Below, one piece after another: positions 1 through 8,847 of a stretch of 20,268 bases of DNA. The DNA is from a virus. The position numbers and the translations under genes are program-made. The DNA lies in the IMG/VR virus record IMGVR_UViG_3300009124_000004; one strand, 5' to 3'. Position 1 is the stretch's first letter; each line of letters begins with the position of its first letter. The notes under the pieces are model-generated. The model had not been told where the DNA came from. It was given only the letters and a program-made list of their open reading frames with translations, and did no database searches.

Positions 1-2480
1 TAGATTCTAAGTCCTGTACCAGAGTTTCTAATAATACAAGAGTTAAATGCTACAACTTCAGAAGTTGTAATATCAACAGGTCCAGGGTTTGAGAGGAATG
101 CAGAATCAGAGACCTTCAATACTTGTGCGTCAGTTGCATTAAGTGGATTATCAAATGTCAAATATGTAATTGAGTTGTCAAACACATTGGTGTTTTGGAT
201 TGACATTCTCTTAGCACTTTCAGCATAAATGCCATCACCAACAGAGTTCTTAATATCCAAACTTGCAAAACTTACATTCTCAATATCTTCACAATAAATT
301 AGAGCGTTTGCTTGAGGTGTAGTGTTAAGTCCCAATCTCAATTGAGAGTTATAGTTACCATCGATAACCATATCTCTTACCGTAACATCTTTAATAGGTT
401 GTGAAACACTATTAGATGCCGCACCTAAAGAGTCAACAGGATCTCTTAAGAACAATGCACAATAATATCTGCTGTATTCAACAGTTCCTGTTGTTTTCTG
501 ATACTCAGTATCAAAATATTGCTTCTTAAGAATTGTTGCTTTACCAGATCCAACAAAAGAGAAAGTAGAAGGAATATTTAATCTCCTTACAAGATATGTT
601 CCGCCAATAACATAGAGAGAATTAAGTCCTAACTGTACTTGCTGATCAATAGCAGATTGTAAAGGAGCAGTATCATCGTGAGACAATTGAATTGAATTAA
701 AGAATCCTTTATTATTCTGATCAAATCCATTTAAATCTAATGCAGACAGAATTGCAACATCAGTTGAATCTGTTGTAGATCCATTTGCTGGATTAGAAAT
801 AGTAATCTTTTCATTTACATAATCAACGTCAGTAACCGTTCTATATGCCCAACCAGGACGTGCCTTTCTTGTAGAAATATTTGCAATAGGTAATGAACAT
901 GGAATATTGTTTACTTCTTGGAAACTTTGGTTATATGTTCCATCAGTATTAAAATCACCCCAACTGGTTCTGTTAAATGGACCATAGTCATTATATACCC
1001 ACTGATCAGTTGTGGTAGAACCAATATCTCTGTTACCAATAATTGCAATCAAGTTAACATTGTCATTATGATTAGAAACTAATGCCTCATTTCTATCATA
1101 CACTGGGATATTAGTATTGCCATAGTTTACATATCTATAGAGAAGGATTGCGTGGGTATCACCAATAACGGGTCTTCTGAGAGGAACTGTATTATAAATC
1201 TGATCGTTAAAGTTACCTAATGGGTAGTTTACAACATACTCGGTAGTTTGTGGTCCATTATGCTTGAGTTTCTTAGGACTAGAGATAACTCCTGTTTTAG
1301 TATTCATCAAACATGCATAATATGTGTATTGAATAGTTCCTCCAGTTGGACCTTGTGATGTAATTAAGTTTAATTGTTCATCATCAATATCATCTTTCCA
1401 ATTATTAAAATATGATCCAGAAGGACCATCTACATCATATGAATTGTAGTTTTGTGTATTAATACCAAATACTTTAATATCATGATCAACTACAAAAGTT
1501 GATGCATTACTTACTTGTAAACGAACTAAACCGTTATTGGTATCTCTAGAGGTGACTGTGTAGAGAGCACCATCACCTGCAACACCATATGACTTCAAAT
1601 TGTTAGGGTCACCAGTTGCCTGATCAAAGAACTCGTAACCATCTGAATTATCATTTACGCGAAGAAGTTGACCTGGTGTACCAATTGTGGTGATGTTAGT
1701 ACCACCCTTTGCAATCGGAATAACAGGAAGGTCATCGGCAGAAATAGCACCATTAGGTCCTTGGAAGTTAGTTGCCCTAATTGTTCCATTGACATCCAAA
1801 GTTGCTGCTGGTGTGGATGTATTAATACCAACACGATTCTCATTATTAGTATATGGATTACCAGCAGTATCTTCAGATCTTACATCAATTACCTTAGTAT
1901 TATCTACCTTGAGTTCTAATGTTGGTGAAGCACCGCCAAACTCAATGGCACTATTCGCACTATCGTATGAAGCAAACGTAGTATAAGTAGTACCAGTAGT
2001 AAGAATCTTAAGGTTATTAGTACCAAATCTAAATTCTGCTGGTTCTAACCCTAAAACATTTGTTCCAGAGATAGAAAGTGTTACCGATTCATTAGGAGCA
2101 GTGCTTCTATAGAAACCTGTAGATGTTACTCCTCCGAAGAAAATTCCAGGAGCAGATTGTGTTCCATTACCAACATCTAAAAATGGTGTTTGTACTTTAT
2201 TAGTACCTGCTAAAGTGATGTTTCCATCACCCAAAGACAGTCCACCAACAGGCACGCTTAGAACTGTGGATCCTGAGTTAGATCCAGTTACAGTTACTAA
2301 ATTATTAGAAGCAGAGAAGAAAGTTGGACCTGCACCAACCTGAATAGTTACATCAGATTGAAATGTAATCGCCTGCTGCGCTGTGTCTGCATTAGAAGAA
2401 TCAAGATAAGGTTTATTAAACTTACCTTCTTCAATCGTGTTATCCTTGATAACATTTGATGTAATTCTGGTTAATGCCAT
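1..2480 (-). CDS. Tail fibre/tailspike protein with C-terminal pectate-lyase-like right-handed beta-helix (partial, at least 826 aa, runs off the left edge)
   Basis: Not in the ORF track; translated by hand from ATG at 2480 (MALTRITSNVIKDNTIEEGKF...) and open to base 1. Contains fibre motifs NRVGINTSTPAATLDVNG and IPIAKGGTN, then NLKSYGVAGDG ... HDDTAPLQSAID ... LYVIGGTYLVRRLNIPSTFSFVGSG ... VTVRDMVIDGN ... IKNSVGDGIY, typical of Pectate_lyase_3-type beta-helices. Confidence 0.88.
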   Translation of the reverse strand, partial: MALTRITSNVIKDNTIEEGKFNKPYLDSSNADTAQQAITFQSDVTIQVGAGPTFFSASNNLVTVTGSNSGSTVLSVPVGGLSLGDGNITLAGTNKVQTPFLDVGNGTQSAPGIFFGGVTSTGFYRSTAPNESVTLSISGTNVLGLEPAEFRFGTNNLKILTTGTTYTTFASYDSANSAIEFGGASPTLELKVDNTKVIDVRSEDTAGNPYTNNENRVGINTSTPAATLDVNGTIRATNFQGPNGAISADDLPVIPIAKGGTNITTIGTPGQLLRVNDNSDGYEFFDQATGDPNNLKSYGVAGDGALYTVTSRDTNNGLVRLQVSNASTFVVDHDIKVFGINTQNYNSYDVDGPSGSYFNNWKDDIDDEQLNLITSQGPTGGTIQYTYYACLMNTKTGVISSPKKLKHNGPQTTEYVVNYPLGNFNDQIYNTVPLRRPVIGDTHAILLYRYVNYGNTNIPVYDRNEALVSNHNDNVNLIAIIGNRDIGSTTTDQWVYNDYGPFNRTSWGDFNTDGTYNQSFQEVNNIPCSLPIANISTRKARPGWAYRTVTDVDYVNEKITISNPANGSTTDSTDVAILSALDLNGFDQNNKGFFNSIQLSHDDTAPLQSAIDQQVQLGLNSLYVIGGTYLVRRLNIPSTFSFVGSGKATILKKQYFDTEYQKTTGTVEYSRYYCALFLRDPVDSLGAASNSVSQPIKDVTVRDMVIDGNYNSQLRLGLNTTPQANALIYCEDIENVSFASLDIKNSVGDGIYAESAKRMSIQNTNVFDNSITYLTFDNPLNATDAQVLKVSDSAFLSNPGPVDITTSEVVAFNSCIIRNSGTGLRI

Positions 2481-2504
2481 TTACTTTGGTTTTTCCCTAT
2501 ATTT

Positions 2505-2512
2505 TATTTATT
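2505..2512 (-). promoter_or_regulatory. Probable T4-type late promoter (AATAAATA, 7/8 match to TATAAATA)
   Basis: Minus strand reads TAATAAATA, overlapping the upstream stop codon, about 25 nt before the ATG at 2480. Confidence 0.6.
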
Positions 2513-5500
2513 ACGTTGCAAAACCACGAACAGTAATAATATCACCAATCTGAGGTTGTCCAGTGAAGTACAACTTACCATCAGATCCAAAGTGTGAATC
2601 TAAATATGGATCTTGCATGACTCCATTGACAAAGATCATTACTGAGTTTGATACATCTTTATACTGAGACAGTTGCCCAGGAGCACCATAGAATGTCTTA
2701 TTATCAAGTGTTGACTCGGATACCCAAACAAAGTTTTGTGGGGTAAATGTGCCATTAATTGCTGTACCTGTATATTGAGGAACAGTCAAACTATTTAATG
2801 TAAAGTAGTTACCTGCCAAGTTAGTGAATCCCATGTTGTTGGTTCCAGAAGTATTAGTTCCAGAAGCAACAACTTCTAGGGTTACTGACCATGCCCTAGC
2901 AGCAAGACCATAAGATGCATTGGAAGGAATGTCAACATTACCTGCCTGGTCAACAGTGAATACAGAATCTCCAGTTGCAGTTCTAAAATCAACGTACTTA
3001 CCATCACCTTGCTGCTGCAGTTTGATGATCATACCATACTTATCAACATTGGTCTCAGCAGTCCAATCTGGATTAATAAGCAGAGAACCTTTGTTAGTAG
3101 CATTGTCAATTAATCCTTCAAATGTAGAATCATTCGTAGTATTACCAATGACAAGGTGCTCTCCGATTCTCTGGTTGCCAGTTACATCAAGGTCAAATTT
3201 GTAATTATATGTGGTTTGTGTTGCTGCAACACCAGATTCAAAGTCACTACCAATATTGAAAGTATGACCACTAGGAGACGTACTATCATCATATGCATGT
3301 AACTTCTCAGTTCCAATCAGACCAAATGGTCTCCACTCATTATCCTCTGAATAAACATGACCAACTGATCCACCATCATATGGATTTAAGTTGAATTGAA
3401 TGTCACTCTTAGAAAGATCTGTCGTTGGGAGATTTGCTGTGGTTCCATTATTGAACTTAGTAACAAATCCAGCACTGTTTCTTAACTGGAGATTTGAGAA
3501 AACATATTGTCCACCATCAGCATTAAGATTACCAATCAAGTTTACTGGTCCTTGGAAGTTAGATGCAATGCTATTTCCAGTTCCACCAAGAACATTTAGA
3601 TTATTTCTAATGGTTAGAGTTGTCAGTTCAGTGATTTCATTACTGGTTGTTTTACCAGTAACAGCGTTAATAACAGTATTACCAATGTACAGGTCACCAT
3701 TAGAGTTAAGACCAGAGTAGAATGCAATGCCACCTGCTTCTTTCAGTGACTGAGAATACTTCTGCTCTTCTGCACTAAGAACCTTGGTCTGTCTGATTGG
3801 GAACGCAGTAGAGTAGTTACCAGGACCGAAACCAACATATTCAAATGTATGGTTACCAGATCTAATGGTAGATGGTCTACGAAGTTCTACTTTAATCTTC
3901 CAACTAGATTCTCCAGGGTTAAGATTGATCTTTCTTACCTCTGTATCACCACTTCTAGATGACATTGTAGTAAGAGAAACCCCATTACTGCTACCATCAG
4001 TTGGGTTAGCAATCCTTCTATGTGTAACACTATCATCACCAACACCATCCCAATCCCACTCAACTTCATTATTCAGATATTCATCAAAGAAGTATGCAAG
4101 TGATTCTTTAGTGATACTAAATGATTTATCAACGTCTAAATTAATATTGGTGTTAGTACCATCCTGAGTTTGAACACGACCAAGTGTTACTGGATCAGCA
4201 ATACTCTTTGCAATAAGAGGATCACTAACTACGTTATCAATGTCAATATTGGGATACAAATCATCAATCTCTTGACTAAATCTGAAATTATTATTTGCAA
4301 GAGCATTATCACTAGCAGTTGGACTACCATTGATGTAAACAGATCCCTTAAGAACTGTTAGATAGTAAATGCCAGGTGTTTCTACCTGATTGACAGAATC
4401 ATATGAGAATGCTTGCTCCTCTTCTACCTCATAGATGTAGTAAACATCATTATACTCTTGACCAGTAATTCTATTATAAACGTTGAAGAAATCAGATCCG
4501 TCTTGCTCACGGGGTCTTGTAGAATCATGAGTCACTCTAGTAACACTACCAAGAGTACCTGGAGTTGCATCAGTACCCAATGCTGTAGTATAGATGTTTA
4601 ACAGAGTATTTGCAGCAGAGATAACATTAGCACAACCACCAGTTACATTAATCAACTGCTCTTCACCACTAATATACTCGGGGAGTAAGTTACCTGGTGA
4701 ATTACCCCACTGCTGAGCATTAACAGCAACACCATTTGAATCTGTTCCAGTAACGCCATTATTGATGACGTTATTAAACATAACCTTAAGACCGTCGAAT
4801 AAATCTGATCCACCATTCAAGGACGAAACAGAATTAATCATTGCAACAGTTTCATCTCTCTCACCATTAATGCCTGTTGCACTGTCAGCAAGACCACCAA
4901 CAGCATAGTATGATGCACCATCATATGTTCTAGAATTTCCACCATATCTCAAATCATATGCAACGGTTTCAATAATTCTAATAATATCCTCTTCACAACT
5001 TGTAGTTGAATCAGGTTGTGTGTTGGGAAGTGATCCACCACCAACATATGTCTTGTATCTGCTGACAAGATCAGTTGCCATTGTTTCCTTATTTAAAAGG
5101 AGTAAGTTTGCAGCATCAGTAAATCTATCACCAACACCTCTAACATTACCTTTCTTAGGTTGAATGACATAACCTGCTTGAGGGAATGATGGGAGAGTTC
5201 CATCTGCACCACGGCGAGTGACATAACGCAATCTGAAAATCTTATCATCATCAACTCTTTCATCTACCAATCTTGTAATATAAGAAGTTGGTGTGTTCTC
5301 AATCAAAGAACTTCCATATCTTGCAGTATTTCCAGAGAGAACACCATAGATATCATTGAACGAACTAGATACTCTGATATACCAATTGTTTCTTGCATAA
5401 TCATATTCAAATACTTTATTAGTTGTCCCATCTTTATCGATACGTGCCGTTTGTACGGTCTGCTCAGTTGCACCAGCAGTAGCAAAGAGAGGAACATATA

Positions 5501-7817
5501 ATAGATCATTATCAGGAGCACCAGTTTTATCAAGAGATTTATATCCAATTCTATACTCACCTGCATTTGATGTTAAAGTTCCACCAAAAGTAATTTCAGC
5601 AGGAAGTCCACCAGTTGTAGGTGAGGTAAGAGTTACCTTATCCCCAGGTTGAAGATTACCATAATCTTGGTTTTGGAATGTTGCAGTAGAAACTTCACCA
5701 TTACTTACGGTAACTGTAATGTTCTTTCCAGTTCCAACACCATTGAGAAATGCCTCATAGTCACCACCAGTAAATCCACTACCAGGAGCAGTAATTGCAA
5801 GTTCAGTGGTTCTACCGTCAATGTATAATCTAGTATTGCTTCCTTCTGCTTGTGTCTTTACAACATCAAGAGATTCCCAGTAAACATTGGAAGGTGCAGA
5901 TTCAATATTTCTTGGTGGAATGATATGTGTAATTTCTCCAAGAGAATCTTTATTAAATGCAACATCGCTAAATCCAATGGATCTCATTGCATTTGATCCG
6001 AAGTTGGAGTTAGAGTTGGTGATAGACATATCACCACCGTCTTCAGCAATAAAGTGATCAGCAAAACCAACAGCAAAGACAGAAACTGCCTGAATTACTG
6101 CACGGTTGGATGCTTTAACGTGGAAACTTCTTGATTCTGGTTTGTAAATTGCATTAATGTTAGTGTGACCACCCTGACCAGCAGCGACATATTGTAGAGA
6201 GTTGGGATCATAAACATAGAAAGCACTATCTTCTTTCTGTAGAGAGATTCCAGTGTACTGTGCAACAACCATGGACTTAAATCCAGTTGCTCTAGAACCA
6301 TCTGCGTGCATACCACAGGTTCCATAGGTAGAACGCAGTGAGATGTTAAAGATATATGGCGATGCAGATTCAACAGTGTCAATTTCAATCTCTACCTTCG
6401 CACTAGCACCAATAGTTGCTTGATAAGTAATTTGAGTTCCACCGAGAGTCAGATCATCATCAGAACCTCCCTCATATACATCCAACTGCGAAACTTCTGT
6501 TGGAGTAAGAATATAAGTAAACTCACTTCTACTAATAACAGAAGATACTCTCTTTTCACCAGAATAGAATCCATTGGTATTAGCAGACCCTGTAATGAAA
6601 TTACCATCACCAGTGATAGAAACAAAGTTACCAGCAGTCAGATTCAACTCTTCAGCAAGAGTTACAGTTACCGTTGTTGCGTTTCTTCTTACTCTTGTTA
6701 CCTGAACACTATCAGCAAGAGGACCAACAATTCTGTTTTCTTGAATCTTAGGTTCAATCTTCTCAGAGTTAATCAGAGTGATTGCGTCAGATACTTTTCT
6801 ATAGAATACATGCAAATCATGCAGTGATGCATATTCAAAGATAGTCAGTTTTGTATGACTATAGAATGGAGCAACTGTTGTTGGCCACTGAACTGTATGA
6901 TCTGTAGGTACAACTGGACTTGAGTTATAAACGCCAGCAGTATCACCATCAAAAATACTAAACTGCCAGAAGTAACATCCACCAGTGATTCTGAACAAAG
7001 CAGTTCTAGTATTGTCATCCTCAAATGGAACCTGGAGTGTTCCCTGAATACCACTGGTTGCAGCAGCGTATGCGTGTGGTTTAGAGATATTGACAACAAA
7101 TGTCTGACCACCAAGAGTAGTTTCAAATGAAGTGACTGTTGTACCAGGTTCAATCAGGTTGTTGCCATTTGCATCTTGAATACCTGTCTTAAACTCAGCA
7201 CCAACATAGATGTCATTAACAGTGCCAGTATCACCACCAGATGTGCTGTTAATTGTAATTTGAGTTCTATTAGTGGTGTTTACATCAAAGTTAATTTCAA
7301 TGCTAGATGCCGCAGTATTATTACCGCCACCAGGAACATACTTAGGTCTCAGTTTTGTTTTTCTAAGATCCAGACCAATAATCGATACACCTCTAGGGAT
7401 AATCAGACCACCTCTAGTAGCGTTAGTGATTCTAAAAAGATCCGCATACTGTTTTGTTGAGTTACTCCATCCAAGATTACCCTCAGAAGCAAGTTCAGTA
7501 AATGTAGTATCTACGTTTGGAACAATATTATTACTTCCGTCTAACTTATATGCATAAGATCCAGGGCGGTTGTCAACAATGTGATCACCAGGATACAGAA
7601 GGATGGTAAATTGATCAAACTTATCGTCAGCATTACCTGCGCTGACGTATGAATATCTCGCTACTTCAAGAACTGCACGTGCAATTGTCTTGAAGGGTCT
7701 AATAGGTGAATTACCTTTATTGTCAATCGCATCCGTTGCGTCAAAATCATCAGGATTGACGTAAATGATTCTTCCTTCAACGGAAGAAATAATATTTTGG
7801 AGTCGTGTTAATGCCAT
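2511..7817 (-). CDS. Large virion structural / tail fibre-associated protein (1768 aa)
   Basis: N-terminus MALTRLQNIISSVEGRIIYVNPDDFDATDAIDNKGNSPIRPFKTIARA and the block RRPSTIRSGNHTFEYVGFGPGNYSTAFP match the giant structural proteins of cyanomyoviruses as I recall them. G/T/N/S-rich; C-terminal IFVNGVMQDP...LYFTGQPQIGDIITVR small beta domain. Confidence 0.85.
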   Translation of the reverse strand: MALTRLQNIISSVEGRIIYVNPDDFDATDAIDNKGNSPIRPFKTIARAVLEVARYSYVSAGNADDKFDQFTILLYPGDHIVDNRPGSYAYKLDGSNNIVPNVDTTFTELASEGNLGWSNSTKQYADLFRITNATRGGLIIPRGVSIIGLDLRKTKLRPKYVPGGGNNTAASSIEINFDVNTTNRTQITINSTSGGDTGTVNDIYVGAEFKTGIQDANGNNLIEPGTTVTSFETTLGGQTFVVNISKPHAYAAATSGIQGTLQVPFEDDNTRTALFRITGGCYFWQFSIFDGDTAGVYNSSPVVPTDHTVQWPTTVAPFYSHTKLTIFEYASLHDLHVFYRKVSDAITLINSEKIEPKIQENRIVGPLADSVQVTRVRRNATTVTVTLAEELNLTAGNFVSITGDGNFITGSANTNGFYSGEKRVSSVISRSEFTYILTPTEVSQLDVYEGGSDDDLTLGGTQITYQATIGASAKVEIEIDTVESASPYIFNISLRSTYGTCGMHADGSRATGFKSMVVAQYTGISLQKEDSAFYVYDPNSLQYVAAGQGGHTNINAIYKPESRSFHVKASNRAVIQAVSVFAVGFADHFIAEDGGDMSITNSNSNFGSNAMRSIGFSDVAFNKDSLGEITHIIPPRNIESAPSNVYWESLDVVKTQAEGSNTRLYIDGRTTELAITAPGSGFTGGDYEAFLNGVGTGKNITVTVSNGEVSTATFQNQDYGNLQPGDKVTLTSPTTGGLPAEITFGGTLTSNAGEYRIGYKSLDKTGAPDNDLLYVPLFATAGATEQTVQTARIDKDGTTNKVFEYDYARNNWYIRVSSSFNDIYGVLSGNTARYGSSLIENTPTSYITRLVDERVDDDKIFRLRYVTRRGADGTLPSFPQAGYVIQPKKGNVRGVGDRFTDAANLLLLNKETMATDLVSRYKTYVGGGSLPNTQPDSTTSCEEDIIRIIETVAYDLRYGGNSRTYDGASYYAVGGLADSATGINGERDETVAMINSVSSLNGGSDLFDGLKVMFNNVINNGVTGTDSNGVAVNAQQWGNSPGNLLPEYISGEEQLINVTGGCANVISAANTLLNIYTTALGTDATPGTLGSVTRVTHDSTRPREQDGSDFFNVYNRITGQEYNDVYYIYEVEEEQAFSYDSVNQVETPGIYYLTVLKGSVYINGSPTASDNALANNNFRFSQEIDDLYPNIDIDNVVSDPLIAKSIADPVTLGRVQTQDGTNTNINLDVDKSFSITKESLAYFFDEYLNNEVEWDWDGVGDDSVTHRRIANPTDGSSNGVSLTTMSSRSGDTEVRKINLNPGESSWKIKVELRRPSTIRSGNHTFEYVGFGPGNYSTAFPIRQTKVLSAEEQKYSQSLKEAGGIAFYSGLNSNGDLYIGNTVINAVTGKTTSNEITELTTLTIRNNLNVLGGTGNSIASNFQGPVNLIGNLNADGGQYVFSNLQLRNSAGFVTKFNNGTTANLPTTDLSKSDIQFNLNPYDGGSVGHVYSEDNEWRPFGLIGTEKLHAYDDSTSPSGHTFNIGSDFESGVAATQTTYNYKFDLDVTGNQRIGEHLVIGNTTNDSTFEGLIDNATNKGSLLINPDWTAETNVDKYGMIIKLQQQGDGKYVDFRTATGDSVFTVDQAGNVDIPSNASYGLAARAWSVTLEVVASGTNTSGTNNMGFTNLAGNYFTLNSLTVPQYTGTAINGTFTPQNFVWVSESTLDNKTFYGAPGQLSQYKDVSNSVMIFVNGVMQDPYLDSHFGSDGKLYFTGQPQIGDIITVRGFAT

Positions 7818-7855
7818 TAAATTGCCCTAATATGACACGGATCTAGTTCTTCAGT

Positions 7856-7863
7856 TATTTATA
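7856..7863 (-). promoter_or_regulatory. T4-type late promoter TATAAATA (gp55 sigma)
   Basis: Exact TATAAATA on the minus strand about 40 nt upstream of the ATG at 7817, overlapping the stop of the 61-aa ORF. Confidence 0.85.
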
Positions 7864-8044
7864 AACACTCCTGATTCTTGTTGAAGTGCTTTCGGCATTT
7901 CTTGACTTCTTTCATTTCATCCTTAATCATTTGATAAGCATCTTCTGCAGAGATCTTTCTTGCCATCTCCATAGCAGCAATAATCTCTACTCTAGTGCCA
8001 AAATGCTTCAATGCTTCTTCAAAACAATTTAGTTCTTCGTACAT
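7859..8044 (-). CDS. Conserved small cyanophage hypothetical protein (61 aa), resembling a small cyanobacterial protein
   Basis: LKHFGTRVEIIAAMEMARKISAEDAYQMIK resembles the recalled cyanobacterial motif LQEFAQRV...LETGGKISPEEAY.QIK. Overlaps the upstream ORF end. Confidence 0.75.
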   Translation of the reverse strand: MYEELNCFEEALKHFGTRVEIIAAMEMARKISAEDAYQMIKDEMKEVKKCRKHFNKNQECL

Positions 8045-8199
8045 TCTTCTATAGTTTCAACTGCTTCTATGTAGTCCTGATAGGGGACCATTACAGCATT
8101 ATTTTTGCCATCCGTGACACCAATGGTTTCACCTTCTTCTATCCGAGTAATTAACTCATCCCAGTGCTCTTGCCAGTATTCGATAGTGTAGGTGTCCAT
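8029..8199 (-). CDS. Phd/YefM antitoxin-like small protein (56 aa)
   Basis: Start moved to ATG 8199 because the track start runs through tRNA-Asn. MDTYTIEYWQEHWDELITRIEEGETIGVTDGKNNAVMVPYQDY fits the Phd pattern (strand, helix, 'EGE.I.IT..G...AVLVP..DY'). Confidence 0.65.
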   Translation of the reverse strand: MDTYTIEYWQEHWDELITRIEEGETIGVTDGKNNAVMVPYQDYIEAVETIEECTKN

Positions 8200-8216
8200 A
8201 GGTATTAATTTGTAAA

Positions 8217-8288
8217 CTCCCCCTCCTGGGATCGAACCAGGGACCAAACGATTAACAGTCGTTCGCTCTACCGCTGAGCTAAGGAGGA
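8217..8288 (-). tRNA. trnN: tRNA-Asn (GTT)
   Basis: TCCTCCT/AGGGGGA acceptor stem, AGCTCAGCGGTAGAGC D-arm, CT-GTT-AA anticodon loop, CCTGG-TTCGATC-CCAGG T-arm; no encoded CCA. Confidence 0.95.
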
Positions 8289-8293
8289 ATGTA

Positions 8294-8809
8294 TTAGCAC
8301 CAATCTGATTTATATTTTTCAAATCGTGCTATTTGTTTATCTACAAAGTCAGAATATTTGACTTTGAATTCTTTTATCCATTCATCTCTACTGATACGAT
8401 TTCGGAAAATTACTTTTCCTTCAGAAGTTCGCTTGGGTTGCAGAAGACCACGACCCTGATTAGAGATTTCATAACATACTTCTTCAATGTAAACTTCTTT
8501 AGTTGACACCAAAGTAAGAAGTCCATCTTCATTCTTGTATTCAATAAACAAGAACTTGAGATCATTATTTGGATCTCTCAACCATTGATTAACTTCGGCA
8601 GTACAGAGACGACCTTTGTTTTGCTGAGAGAGAAGGTTATCAGTTTTTACATTGAGACCTTCTGTTTTAGAAATCCAGACATCAGCATACTTTTCTCTTT
8701 TAGATTTTTGCTCATACCCAAAATAGGTTTGAACCTCTGCTTGAATAAACTCTGCTGCTTCTGCATTTGGAGTAATTCGATAAGTTTCTTGAAGATTGTA
8801 AGGAAGCAT
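8294..8809 (-). CDS. Putative PD-(D/E)XK endonuclease, type II restriction enzyme-like (171 aa)
   Basis: E-containing N-terminal helix (AAEFIQAE), then YADVW...LNVKT (D...N-x-K), KFLFIEY strand, NQGRGLLQ and SRDEW...FVDKQIARF, resembling small REase-like families. Fills the gap between tRNA-Ala and tRNA-Asn. Confidence 0.55.
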   Translation of the reverse strand: MLPYNLQETYRITPNAEAAEFIQAEVQTYFGYEQKSKREKYADVWISKTEGLNVKTDNLLSQQNKGRLCTAEVNQWLRDPNNDLKFLFIEYKNEDGLLTLVSTKEVYIEEVCYEISNQGRGLLQPKRTSEGKVIFRNRISRDEWIKEFKVKYSDFVDKQIARFEKYKSDWC

Positions 8810-8825
8810 AATTTATGGATAACAG

Positions 8826-8847
8826 TTCGCTATTTGCGAATAGCGAA
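8826..8847. repeat. Perfect 9-bp inverted repeat (hairpin) abutting the tRNA-Ala 3' end
   Basis: TTCGCTATT-TGCG-AATAGCGAA. Confidence 0.85.

Noticed and set aside
1655-7557. Many short plus-strand and alternate-frame ORFs in the track
   Set aside because: They are shadows of the long minus-strand fibre genes, with no recognisable motifs or independent expression signals.
8200-8322. N-terminal extension of the 97-aa ORF
   Set aside because: It runs through tRNA-Asn; ATG 8199 gives a coherent Phd-like protein.
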